The notes below the pieces were generated by a model, which was given only the letters and a program-made list of their open reading frames with translations, was not told the origin of the DNA and did not search any database. A stretch of 64,000 nucleotides of DNA from the human T2T-CHM13v2.0 reference genome, Homo sapiens, in NCBI RefSeq assembly GCF_009914755.1, contig NC_060926.1; one strand, written 5' to 3'. A program made the translations under genes and the position numbers. Of the stretch, positions 1 through 14,163 are shown in pieces; position 1 is the first letter of the stretch, and every line of letters starts with the position of its first letter.

Positions 1-1301
1 AAACTTAAGAACAGGTGTGAATTTCAAGACTTTGGTGAGGACGTTGCTCATCACTGAATCTGACTTGAGCTTATAGGATGATTCTTAAAAACTCTTCTCA
101 TTCAAAACTAGCACTCTTAGAAATATTTTAAGATAGCTTTGCTGGTCAACTTGGAAACAGTTTTACTTAGTTTTTGAACAATGAAGTTGGTAGATCAGCT
201 AAAGTGCAATTGCAGGTGAAACACTGTTCTGTGCTCTTACTTTGCATCCTGAATCCTAACTTTTAACTTTATTTTGCAATTCCAGCTATGCTGGACCCAC
301 CCCATGACATGGAGATTCTGACCCTAGGGTTTCCCATTTTAGGACACACGAGCTGCTTCTCTTGTTATAAACATGCGAATGGGTGCAGAGTATGGGCCCT
401 GAGGAGAAATTGGCAAGTCTCCCCACCCTAAAACTGGAAGCTGTGCCCTTTGAAGTGGGAGCATTCAAGATTCATTCCAAACCTACTGGTGATCACTAAA
501 GGCATCTATGTATGTCATCTCTATATAAAGAGAATTCCAGAGAGAGGCTAGATGCATGTTAAGTAAGTAGCACAACATATTTCCTACTAATCCCCTCCTT
601 GAGAGTCTGAACTGTGCCTCCAGAAAAACATAAGAGCCTTTTCCGTAGGAAATATTATCCTCGGGATACATCCTTAAATTGTTTTTATAAGTATATGAAT
701 GCTGAAATATAACCAAACTGTAAAATGCTAAATACTGTGGAGTTTTTTGTTTTTTGGGTTTTTTTTGTTTGCTTGTTTTTGCTTTTAAATGTCCACATTT
801 CCTACCACCTCAAAGAGGGAAAAAAGGTAAGGCACTGTGAAACGGTCATATTGGCCAAAACACTTGAGAAATAGTTGCTCATTTCTGATGAAAGTCCTTG
901 AGCTGCAACAACACACAGAGCTAGCAGCAGGCACTGTCCCAAAGCAGTCAACAAGGCTCGTCAATGCTCAGAGCTGCCTTTGTGTACTGTGTGTGTAGTT
1001 AGTAAATGCCAGGCCAGGTCTGGTGCAGTCTGTCAGCATCTCTTTTTCTGTTTTTTCTTTTCTTTTTTCTTTTTTCTCTTTTTCACTTTCTCCCATGCTT
1101 CCTGCTTCTCTCTGTAACCTTTATCTTCTTGATAAAATTTTCTGGGATTTGGAAGGTTAAAATAAGCCTTAGAGATTTGAAATTGGGCAAAGATTGCATT
1201 TTGTTGACTTTGATTTTCTAATACGTTTGGTGTGATGTACTGGTCTATGAGTTTGTAAGGGAGTGTTGAAGTAGGTGAGAAACAAATGAAGAGAGAAAAT
1301 G

Positions 1302-1519
1302 AACGTTTATTACTCATTGGCTGTGTGCCAGGAACTGAGTATATCACTCCATACACATTATCACACTTAATGATCATACTGATTCTGTGAAGTATCATTT
1401 TACTTATTAAATAAAAGAGAAGTTTTAAAATTACAAATAAGCCCAAGATCAGGCAGTTTGTAAGTAGCGGAACTGGACATGAATCCAAGACTGTCCAACT
1501 CCAAAGTTTATGCTCTTTC
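1302..1519 (-). mobile_element. MIR SINE
   Basis: Reverse-strand MIR pattern: tgtgccagg ... gcccaagatc ... gtaagtagcggaactggacatgaatccaagactgtccaactccaaag. Confidence 0.75.
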
Positions 1520-1609
1520 AGGTAAAAATTCATAGAAAATTTGGGCTTGCAGACAAAAATATTGTAGGGAAACTTCATGAAATATATTACTTATTTCTTA
1601 GTATAATAA

Positions 1610-2105
1610 ACATCTGAAATGGCTGCTATTTGCCAGGCTCTGTGCTAAATATTATGAATGCGATGTAGGATAAGACAAAGTCCCTGTTCTCTAGCAGCTT
1701 ATGTTCTAGTAGGGCAGGTAAAGAATGAATAATTAGGTAATAAATAAATTAGACAAAGTGAGATGCCAGACAGTAACTAGGAGAAGGGGATAATCTACTT
1801 ACATTAAGCGGCCCAGGGAAGGCCTCTCTAAGGAAGTAACATTTTTGGAAGGTTGAAAAGGAGGTGAACTTGACAAGAGTTGATAGATGGGTGTTCCAGG
1901 CAGACAGAACAGAAGGGCAGGGTAAAAGGAATATAGGGAATGGGGAAAAAGTTAATTGGTGGGAGACTGACGATGCTGAAATGAATGTGTCCCTTAGTGT
2001 ATTGGTATTTATTTTAAGTGCAGTGGAAAGCTATTGAAGGGTTTGATGCAGAGGAGTGATACGATATTATCTGAACTTAAAAAAAAAAATCCTATCTGGC
2101 TGTTG
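1610..2105 (-). mobile_element. L2 LINE 3' fragment
   Basis: tgccaggctctgtgcta ... gacaaagtccctgttctctagcagcttat, cagggaaggcctctctaagga, gaaagctattgaagggttt are typical of the L2 3' end in antisense. Confidence 0.7.
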
Positions 2106-2502
2106 AATGCCTCTCTCCATCTAGTATTCTAGGAGGTAAAAATGTGCCTTACAGCTCCGTGTTATGACATCTGAGAGGATTGAAGCCGATTCAGTGTTAG
2201 TGTTCTTTCCTTATTCCAAATAGGTTATCTGGTTTAAATGCCATTGCTTTTCTCTTATCTGTATGACAATAGATAAGCAAGTTATGACATCTGAGATTAC
2301 AAAACAAATATTTAGCTCAAAACACCATTGCCTCTGCCTTACCAGTGTCTTACCTCTGTCCTTATGTGTGAGGGAATGGATGAACAACAGTGATCACCTT
2401 CCCATTGGTCAGCGCCTCTGCATGATCTATGCGAAAGGACCATTGGGGTTGTTTAGTGCCATGGTACTGCCAATGGCATCTTTTACTTATTAAAACATGA
2501 TA

Positions 2503-2746
2503 TGGCATAGCTGGTAGGAGAATGCTTCTGGAACCACACTTATATGTTGAATCCTGGCTTTGTCAATTACCAGTCTGGAATCCCTGGGTGAGTTATTTCT
2601 CTCTGTCTTAGGTTTCTCACCTTTCATGTGGAGATGATAATAATGTCTACCTCATGTGATTATTGTGAGAACTAAATGAATTAAAACTTATGTAATGCTT
2701 GGAACAGAGCCTGGAACATAGTAATCAATGAATAAGTGCTAGTTGT
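2503..2746 (+). mobile_element. MIR SINE
   Basis: gaatcctggct ... gataataatgtctacctcatgtgattattgtgagaactaaatga ... gaacagagcctggaacatagta matches the MIR core and 3' end. Confidence 0.85.
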
Positions 2747-2859
2747 ATCTCAAATTGTTGGATTAGGCTACTCTTTGAATAGCATGCCAAAACTTGTTGT
2801 ATCCATCCCTTTGCAGGGAAACAGGAAGGTACTCACTCCTTTTCCAATAACACGGTGTT

Positions 2860-3430
2860 TGTAGGTCAATGAGATTGGATATTGGGAAAACTACTGGAAA
2901 GAAAGAGAATGGAAAACAATAACCACAGGACTATAGAGAACATCAATATTTAAGAAAAGGAAGGAGGGAAGTAAAAATAGGTCAGCAGAAAGAATGTTCT
3001 AAAAAGGTAGAAGGACAACCAGATGAAAATAGGGTTAGAGTAACAAGTGGTAACAGACCACAGGTGGCAAATGCAAAGAGATCAGTAGAATGGCAGGTAA
3101 AAATAGATCACATTGATTGTAACATTAGGAAAATTTGACTTTGTTTAGATGGTGTTAGGGCATACTTGGGACAATAAGTTGATTTGTAGCCAGTGGTTAA
3201 AACCTAAATATGAGGTGAAGAGTTACAAACAACAATTCTGATAGGAAAATGGAAAGCGAGGGAAGAAGTGGTTGCTTTGCAAGGAAGTTGGAATTATGTG
3301 TGAGGGAGTGTGTGTGTATACATTAAAAATATACTGGGAAAATAAGAACATGTTTATAAGATGGGAATGTATTGCAATGGAAAAGATAATGTAAACATTT
3401 AAAATTAAAGATAATGGGTTTTTTCAAGGA
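2860..3430 (-). mobile_element. L2 LINE internal fragment (degenerate)
   Basis: Purine-rich stretch with L2-like motifs (ggtagaaggacaaccag, gtggcaaatgcaaagagatcagtagaatg); probably continues the 1610-2105 copy. Confidence 0.5.
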
Positions 3431-3459
3431 AGATGTATGAGACTCTGGGTGGAAAAGGG

Positions 3460-3622
3460 GCAGTTACGAGCACTCTGCATGGGTTTGGATCCTATCTTCA
3501 GCGCTTGCTAGCTGTGGCCATTGGCATGTTTTCAAAGATTTCTGTGCCTCAGTTTCCATATCTGTAAAACTGGAATAATAGTAGGACCTATCTCAGAGGG
3601 TGGTGACAGGATGTTATGCTGA
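3460..3622 (+). mobile_element. MIR SINE
   Basis: ctagctgtg ... tctgtgcctcagtttccatatctgtaaaactggaataatagtaggacctatctcagagggt is the MIR core. Confidence 0.85.
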
Positions 3623-4022
3623 GGCAGGCCTCAAGTGTACATCAAGCTACTGATGTACAGAAAGGGAAATGACATTTGCAATAGGGAGGTATGTCAGCAA
3701 AGGAGTAACTTAGTTGTGAAACATAGAGGATGGAATTTGCGAAAATTCTTAACTTAAACTCTCTGCTTTCTCAACAAATAAGAGGACATTTTTCTGACAA
3801 TAAGGAGGGCAAACATGGAGTCTGAAATTTAGAGAAAGTATAAGATTTGGGCATGGGATCTGGAAATGACAAAGAGAGAAGAAATAGAGGATTAAGATGG
3901 ACTAACAGCTCAGCCGAGGGTGATATGAGCACACTTACTTAAAAGCCAATGTGCATGCTTGTGAGATTTTTTCTCTACCAGATTTTTTCAGTTAAGGAGC
4001 CTCAGAGAATGATACAGGGTGG

Positions 4023-4165
4023 TGTATTAGCCAGGATATGTGATGTTATGCTGCAGTGACCACCCTATTAGGTCTATGCAAATCTGAAGGAGAGGTAGGA
4101 GTGGGATTGGTGAGGTATCTGCTTCTCACAGTCATTTAGGAAACCATTCTCTCAGGGATGCTACA
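4023..4165 (-). mobile_element. old MLT1 (MaLR LTR) fragment
   Basis: Begins tgtattagccagg ... gttatgctgcagtgac and contains cacagtcatttagg, like antisense MLT1H-K. Confidence 0.45.
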
Positions 4166-4189
4166 ACTTTTTTAAACTTTCATTTTTAA

Positions 4190-4839
4190 ACATTTTTCTT
4201 GTGTTAAGATATATATAAACATATAATTTAACTATTTTCAAGTGTACAATTCAGTGGCGTGAACTATATTGATATTGTTGTGCTACGATCACTACTAAGC
4301 ATTTCTGGAACTTTTTGATTATACCAAACTGACACTCTGTATCATTAAACAATAACTTCTCATTATACCCTCCTCTAGGCCTTGGTAACCACTGTTGTAC
4401 TTTCTGTCTGTATGAATTTAAGTATTCTATGTATGTCACATAAGTGAAATCATACAATAGCTTTTTTCCCCTTTTTTTGTCTAGCTTATCTCACTTAGCA
4501 TACTGTTTTCAAGATTCATCCTAGTTGTAGCATGTGTCAGAATTTCATTTTTAAGGCTGAATAATACTCCTCTGTATATACACACCATATTTTAGCTATT
4601 CATCTGTCCATGGACATATGGATTTTTCCACCTTTTGGTTATTGTGAATAATGCTACTATGAATGCTGGTGAACAGACATTTCTTTCAGTCCCTGCTTTC
4701 AATTCTTTTGACTATCTACCAAGAAGTGGAATTGCTGGGTCATATGGTATTTCTGTATTTAAAATGTTAAGGAACTATCAGAACCATGATACTGTTTTTT
4801 ACAAAAAAAAATGCAGTACTTACATTCCCACCAGCAGTG
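4190..4839 (-). mobile_element. L1MB-type LINE-1 3' end
   Basis: aagtgtacaattcagtggc, tttaaggctgaataatactcc, gtgaataatgctactatgaa, agaagtggaattgctgggtcatatggta, tacattcccaccagcagtg. Confidence 0.85.
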
Positions 4840-4855
4840 ATTTTGTATATGTGTG

Positions 4856-4892
4856 TACATACATACACACACACACAAACACACACACATCC

Positions 4893-4897
<5 letters not shown>
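4856..4897. repeat. (CA)n-type microsatellite
   Basis: acatacatacacacacacacaaacacacacacatccatcc, located between two L1 fragments. Confidence 0.9.
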
Positions 4898-7510
<2,613 letters not shown>

Positions 7511-7845
7511 ATTGTGCAAGCTTGGCTAATAAGTAACAACAACACGTAGAGGAAGAAGTGGTACTGATTTCAGTCATGTTGGCTTTTTGGTGTTTCTTTT
7601 ACACTGACCTCTTTCACACTCCTTTCTATCCTCTTCTCAGCTCTAAATGGCTCTTGACAACATTTGACCTCCCCACTTTTGCATGCATCTCCTTTCATGA
7701 CAGTCTCTCCTCTTCATTTTTTCCTTCAAATACCTCTCATTCTTTCCTTTCTCATATCCCTTATTCCAATTCCTTTGTCACTGAGAGCAATGAACAATAT
7801 GCTAAACTGTTGCCTTTTATCAATAAAATAAAATCAAATATTGAT

Positions 7846-8144
7846 AGAGACAGGGTCTCACTCTGTTGCCCAGGCTGGAGTGCAACGGTGTGATCACAGA
7901 TCACTGCAGTCTTGACGTCTCAGGCTCTAGCAGTCCTCCCACTTTAGCCTCCTGAGTAGCTGGGACTACAAATGCATGCCACCACTCTTGGCTAATTAAA
8001 AAACTTTTTTTTTGTTTTGTTTTTTCAGACAGACAGGGCCTCACTATGTTGCCCAGGCTGTTTCAAACTCCTGGGCTCAAGTGATCCTCTCAACTCGGCC
8101 TCTCAAAGTGTTGGGATTACAGTCATGAGCTACTATGCCTGACC
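7846..8144 (-). mobile_element. AluJ SINE
   Basis: agagacagggtctcactctgttgcccaggctggagtgca ... aactcctgggctcaagtgatcctc, with J-type diagnostics. Confidence 0.93.
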
Positions 8145-8789
8145 CATTTTTTTTATATGTATAAAATTTTAGAGCTCACAGAGAATAAATTAGCTTAAAA
8201 ATACTTTGTGTCATCAAAATTGGAAAATTTTAATTTTACCTTGTATTTTAAAAATCAGTTTCACAGCTAATACTTCAGAGAGTTTCACGGGCCTGAAGAT
8301 ACACTGAAGAGCTTTTAATCTGGGGTGACAGGGGTAGACCTTAATTAAATAATGATGTAATGAATGTATGTAAACAAAATGACTTCTATCTCTGAGGGAA
8401 GGCAAGTCTTCTAAAGACTCTTTCCTCTCCTTTTTTATTTAAATCTCCCACACATTTTACCATGTATTCTATCCTTGAAAAGTCACTTCAGTGTGTCTCC
8501 TCAATTCCGTACCTTGTCCATTGATCCTGCTCCAGTGCCTCCTGTTTCTCACTTGCACCGAGATGGCTCTTTACCTGTCTCTGTGATTCCAACTGGGTCC
8601 ATCTCTTCTCTTGCCACTTTTCCTTTCCACTTGCATCTTTACCTTCTAACTCATTCTCTCCTAACCTTTTGTGTATACACTTTTACGTTTCTGTATCTTA
8701 ACACCGGCTATGCCCTTCTTCAGGAAAGGCTATACCCAGGCCCTGACTCCATCAATATCCAGTGGTTACTGAACTAGTAATTTTTGGGA

Positions 8790-8982
8790 AGCCTTATCTG
8801 CTGTCTCTTGTCCATGCTTCTCTTTGATTACTTTTGTTTATTATTATATGTACCATTTTGTCTTTTCACCTGCTGGATTGTAAACTCTTTGAAAAAGAGA
8901 TTCTATCTTATAACCTAAGTATTTCCAGCCCAATGCCTGACCCATTGTAAGCATTTAATAAATATTAGTTGATTGAATGTTT
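8790..8982 (+). mobile_element. L2 3' end
   Basis: gattgtaaactctttga ... caatgcctgacccattgtaagcatttaataaatattagttgattgaatg. Confidence 0.7.
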
Positions 8983-10574
8983 CATGAGAAATATTTTAAA
9001 AGGTAACCAGCCTTAACTCCAAGGAATTTTTTTGTGTATGTGTGTTTGCCTCATTTTTATTTATTTATTTTTAAATTTTTGATCTCATTCTTTTATTTAC
9101 AAACATATTCACACATGGAAAATGATAAACAAAATTTATTGCAGGAAAGTGCAAAAAGAAATAACATATCTAGGTGCTTTCTCTAAAGCTGAACATTTTT
9201 GCCTCTTATTTTTTATGAAATAGATTTTGAAACAACAGTCTTCATTGTTAAGAAATTAACAAAGTAAAAACTGGCTTTAAAATCATCTTCTAAAAAAGTA
9301 TATTAACACTTCTTTCTATTTTTCTTATTTTTAAAGAAAAGTAGAAAGAGGAGTTAATATTCTTTTAAGAAGATGATTTTCTTTATTCAGTAGATGAGTG
9401 TGCACATCACTGGCCCACTTTTAACATGATGAGGATAATAGGTAGGTTTAGGTTGGTGATCAAAATTAAAGTCTGAAATCTGCATCTAAATTATGAGTTG
9501 CTTGCTTGTGAGAAATTTCCTAACTGGGACTGCTTCCAAAAGCACTTCACTGAAGCTTCATGGAATTTTCTCAACTGCTTTATTTGTTCCTTCTCCACAC
9601 TTCTTTCCTGGTGCATAGAGGTACATCTGTCTGTTTTCTGCCTTATCAAGCACGAATCTACATCTGAGGGGATAACTCCACTTCCTTAGCTAAAAACCTG
9701 TATCTGATTGTGGTGATAAAGCTCTACTTCCTCAGTTCAAAACATACATCAGACAAGACCAATTACTCCAAATGACTCACAGTAACAGGCACAGCAATAG
9801 TCATCTTTTCACAGCCTTTGAACTTCTACTGCTTCAAAGGTGTACTAAAATGTGGTTATGAGGCGATTGTCTAAAATTGCCAAATTACCAGTTTCCAAGC
9901 TTTGACATTTGTTATTTTGCATAACTTGACAAAGGAAATCAGCAAGATTACCTACCAGGAGGAAAAGAGACAAAAAAAAAAAATAAAAGACGGACCAAAA
10001 AAGTCTCTATGACATAGGTGGGACTGGTGGTATGATGCCTCTTAGGCAAAGTGGAGAAAAAGGCTTCAATTATTGTTATAATTAGGATATGAAGATAAAC
10101 AAGCAGACATTTTTTATTCTTATTCTTGCTCTGAAAAGTATAAACAATACATTACTCTCTGAATGGTCAACCAATAAAATTTTTCTTTAAAGGAAGTCGC
10201 TGTCTGGAAGCACTGCCTGATTCTTTGAATTCTGTCAAAGAAGTTGCTGAAGTTCACGTGTGTATCCAAAGGGCCAACAGTGGTGAACAGTCGCCAAAAC
10301 TCATAATTGCCTCGCAGCTGTTTAGAAACTTGCGTCAATTAAATTTGTGGTCATACCTGTTTCTGTCCTTTCTCCAAGAGTAAATTTAGCAGTGACTGTC
10401 TTCGAGGGAAATATTTTCTGTACATTTATCACATTTCTGTCATACTTGTTCATTAGCATAAAAGGCTTTTAATTTTATCTCTTATAAACATCTTTGAAAT
10501 AACTACCTTCTTTATAAAACCTCTTTCTAAGAACTGTAGGTTATACGGAGAAGGGGCAACAGAGTGCTGCCTTT

Positions 10575-10800
10575 GTAAGCATGTTCTGTAGAGCCCAATG
10601 CCTAGATTCAAATCCTGGCCCATCCATGTGTCCCGCTAGATGACTTCAGGCAAATTACTTAATTTCTGTCTTAGTTTCTGCATCTAGGAAATGTGAATAA
10701 AATGATGCTACTTACCTCATGGGTGGCTGTGAACATTAAATACATTAATATTCATAAAGCATTTCAAATGGTACCTGGCACCTTGTAAGCAGTATGTGTT
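10575..10800 (+). mobile_element. MIR SINE
   Basis: gcctagattcaaatcctggc ... tgacttcaggcaaattacttaatttctgtcttagtttctgcatct ... cttacctcatgggtggctgtga. Confidence 0.85.
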
Positions 10801-11249
10801 TTGTAAATTTTTAAAAAAGATGAAGAGTATGTACATTTAAAATGTACTTTTTAGAGCTTGATTACATTGGTGGCAAAATGTTCTGTGTTTAAAAAAGGAA
10901 GAAAAACTAATGAGGAAAAATTTTGAAGCCCATTTCCTGAGTCTGAGGTGAAGTAGTTGGTAACCCACATTAGCCAGCTTCTTCTGTAATGTACACCACA
11001 CTGAGCCACTAAAGGTTTCCCATAGCGGAAAGTCCAGAGAGCTTTACTAAATCTACTAAACTAAGCTTTCCCCAAAATGCCTTTGCTTACTTTCTTAGAC
11101 TGTCACTCCTGTTAAAAGAAGGAGCAAAAAAATCCCAGCCCTTGAAAATATACTCTTTCTCACCAATAAATGAGCCATTGTAATAGAGTGATATTATTCA
11201 CACTTTACAAGTACCTAGCACACAGTCCTGGTGCTACCACCGACTGGTG

Positions 11250-11585
11250 AAAATTTAGATCAGGAGAGACACTTTAGGCTATTTGGTTCAAACTTTTCAG
11301 TTTACAGAAGAAAGAGACTTCAATGAAACAGATGTCAGATGAGTATTCTAAGATTACAGTCAGTTAGCAATGGATTTGGGCCACACCGGTGAAGAGCATG
11401 CCTTGTGGAGTCAGACAGCAACAAGTTCAATTTCCAGTTCTCTTAATTTCTTACCTCTGAACACGTCTTAATTCCATGTTTCCTCACCCTTAAAAAAGAT
11501 AATTAGTTAATATTTATAGATGAGATAATAATTGTAAAACAATTAGCACATTGGCTGGCTTGTAACAAACTCTCAATAAAGGGTA
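11250..11585. mobile_element. two head-to-head MIR fragments (- about 11250-11380, + about 11390-11585)
   Basis: cagtttacagaagaaa ... ctaagattacagtcagttag (antisense), then gaagagcatgccttgtggagtcagacag ... gtttcctcac ... ctcaataaa (sense). Confidence 0.6.
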
Positions 11586-12972
11586 CCTTCAAAGTCTGTA
11601 CACCATGATGTGGTTCGAAATGTATAGTTGGCACCTTAATTTGTTGGGCAAATGATGACTGAGTCAAACGTTCATACTCATATTTAAATATAGCTCATAT
11701 CCTGTAAATAAACCTGCAGAGTCAAGTTTTATCTTGTCCACTCTGTGTTACCCAGATCTTGTACAGGAAATGGAGTGTATTTAATATTGATGACTCTGTA
11801 TGTGTCATTTAATTGTCTCTATTGATTGGATTTCATCAGAGTGTGGGGCTTGGACAGAGCTTTGATTAGACTGTAAGGATTCTTTGCCGTTTTCTTTTTT
11901 CCGACACCATATCAATGTACCTTCTGGTGTGATATCACTTTCACAATCAATATCTGAAAAAAGCTCTGCACACAGGCCTGCAGGAAAAGAGAGAAGGCAC
12001 TGCCTCTAAGTCCCCTTATACACATAGATTTAACCTCTCCAATTGAAAAAGGTTTATTGCATGTTTTAGAGCAGGATGGAGTGGGAAAAAAGACCTGAAG
12101 GAGTCTCCATAGATTTCTTGTGTAATTTGCACATCATTTTTTATTTAAAAGTGTCAAATTCTCCCTTTTAATGTTGGTTGACATTTGAGAATGGATCATT
12201 TTTATCAGTGAAATTTTACAGTTTCAATCTAGCGGTTTTTTTTTCTAGATGTAATAATAGTCTATAAATATATTATTTGGGCAAATTGATATCTTAGACA
12301 GACTATTCTTGTCCAAATTCATTTTGCATGGATTTTACTGCTGTGAAATGTCCACTGGGCCTCCCTGACTAATCTTCCACTGAGGCAAAGTTTATTTTTC
12401 TATTTGCCAAAGTTGTTTCACCAAGAATCCACAGAGCTCAGGCTCCAGATTTAAATAACACAAACTAAGTGGCGTTATGCAAAAATGTGTATTTTTATAC
12501 TAGGTTCATGAAGTTTGTGGTGGTGTCTTAATGCTGACTGGGAAAGGGGCTGGGAAAAATGCTTATTTATCTCTCCTCTGAAACATGGAATTTTCTCCAA
12601 GGTCAGTTGCTGGGATCTTGTTGGTCAGAATTGCACTGAAACTTTTGGAAATAGATGAGGCAAGTCCAATAATGTTAGACTATTTTAAGTATCAAACTCT
12701 GGGGTTTGGAAAGAATATATCCTATCATATAAAATGTAAATCTCCAATAAAACAATTGTCTAGCATCAACGTAGTTAGTGTTATCTCCTGAAATGGAAGT
12801 TTTCTGCCATAGAGTGGTAGGAACAAATGGGTAAAGAACAGGAAATCTATTCTTTACTCCAACTGTCCTCTTTTTTGCAGTACTTCTCACTTTCTGTAAC
12901 TTCGGCATCTCCTCCTGCAGGTTCTTTTATCCTTGTGTTGTGTTCTTCCTTTTGTCATATGTTACATTAGAA

Positions 12973-13190
12973 AGTGCTTGGCAAACCAAGGACCACGAGC
13001 CAAATTCTGCTGTCTGTTGTGAAAATAAAGCTTTACTGGAATACAGCCACACCCATTTGTTTGAGTATTGTCTATGGTTGCTTTCCAAGTACAATGGCAG
13101 AAATGAATAGTTGTGATGGGAACCATGTGGCAGGCAAAGTCTAAAACATTTGTTATCTGGCCCTTTACAGGAAAGGTTTGTAGACCCTTG
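12973..13190 (+). mobile_element. MER58A hAT-Charlie MITE
   Basis: aaataaagctttactggaatacagccacacccatttgttt ... tatctggccctttacaggaaaggtttgtagacccttg; 8-bp TSD cattagaa (12965-12972) / ctttagaa (13191-13198). Confidence 0.88.
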
Positions 13191-13755
13191 CTTTAGAACA
13201 AGTTTACATTGTGAAAGAACAAGTTTTATATGAGAAAAGTTGGAGGAGAACTGGAGCTAAGTGCTCCACAAAATACCAACCTGCTCTCTGGCAATAATTC
13301 TAATTTCTGCATATTTTCTATATCCCATTTTAAAAGATACAAGTATTTGAGTGTCATTTCTATGTACATTTTTACACAACATTCTTAATACAAGGAGGTA
13401 TTAAGTGGCTGAAGATGCAGGTCTACACAGTTTGCTGTTGCACATTCCCTGATGACATTATAAACTAATCTTTTAAAAATATCTCTTCTGACTTATCTCA
13501 CCTCCATAAAAATAGTTTAAATGTGTGGTTGCCTCTGAACAATGAGAGCATATATATTTTTATTCCTTTATTGATATTTGAATTAAAAAAATCATGGGCA
13601 CAAATATATTTATTTAAAACATACGTTAAAATTAATATTTCCCGAAGAGTTTATTACATATCTGGTAATTATATTATACAAGGAATAGGCATTTTTTCAT
13701 TTAATAAGATAGAATGTCATGTAAAAATAAGTTTGTAACACAGTATTTTTCACAT

Positions 13756-14163
13756 TGCATTAGCCTATTTTGTGTTGATCTAAAGGAATACCCAAGGCTG
13801 GGTAATTTATGAAGAAAAGATGTTTATTTGGCTCACTGTTCTGCAGACTATACATGAAGCATGGTGGCAACATCTGCTTCTGGTGAGGACCTCAGGAAGG
13901 TTTTCCTCATGGTGGAAGGGGAAGGGGAAGCAGGAGTGTCACACGGTGAGAGAGGGAGCAAGAGACGGTCCGGGCTGTTTTAAGCAATCAGCTCTTGCAT
14001 GAACTAGGAGTGCAAACTCACTCATAACAACAGGGAGGGCACCAAGCCCTTCATGAGGGATCTGCCACCGAGACCCAAACACCTTCCACCAGACCCCGCC
14101 TCCAATAGTAGGGATCACATTTCAATATCAGATTTGGAGGGGACAAATATCCAAAATATATCA
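13756..14163 (-). mobile_element. MSTB-like MaLR solo LTR
   Basis: TG...CA ends; aaggaatacccaaggctgggtaatttatgaagaaaaga, catctgcttctggtgaggacctcaggaag, gatttggaggggacaaatatccaaa; perfect 5-bp TSD cacat (13751-13755 / 14164-14168). Confidence 0.93.

Noticed and set aside
1033-1578. 181-aa minus-strand ORF, the longest in the track
   Set aside because: Runs through a MIR and a low-complexity T/C tract that gives the poly-Lys tail; no recognisable domain
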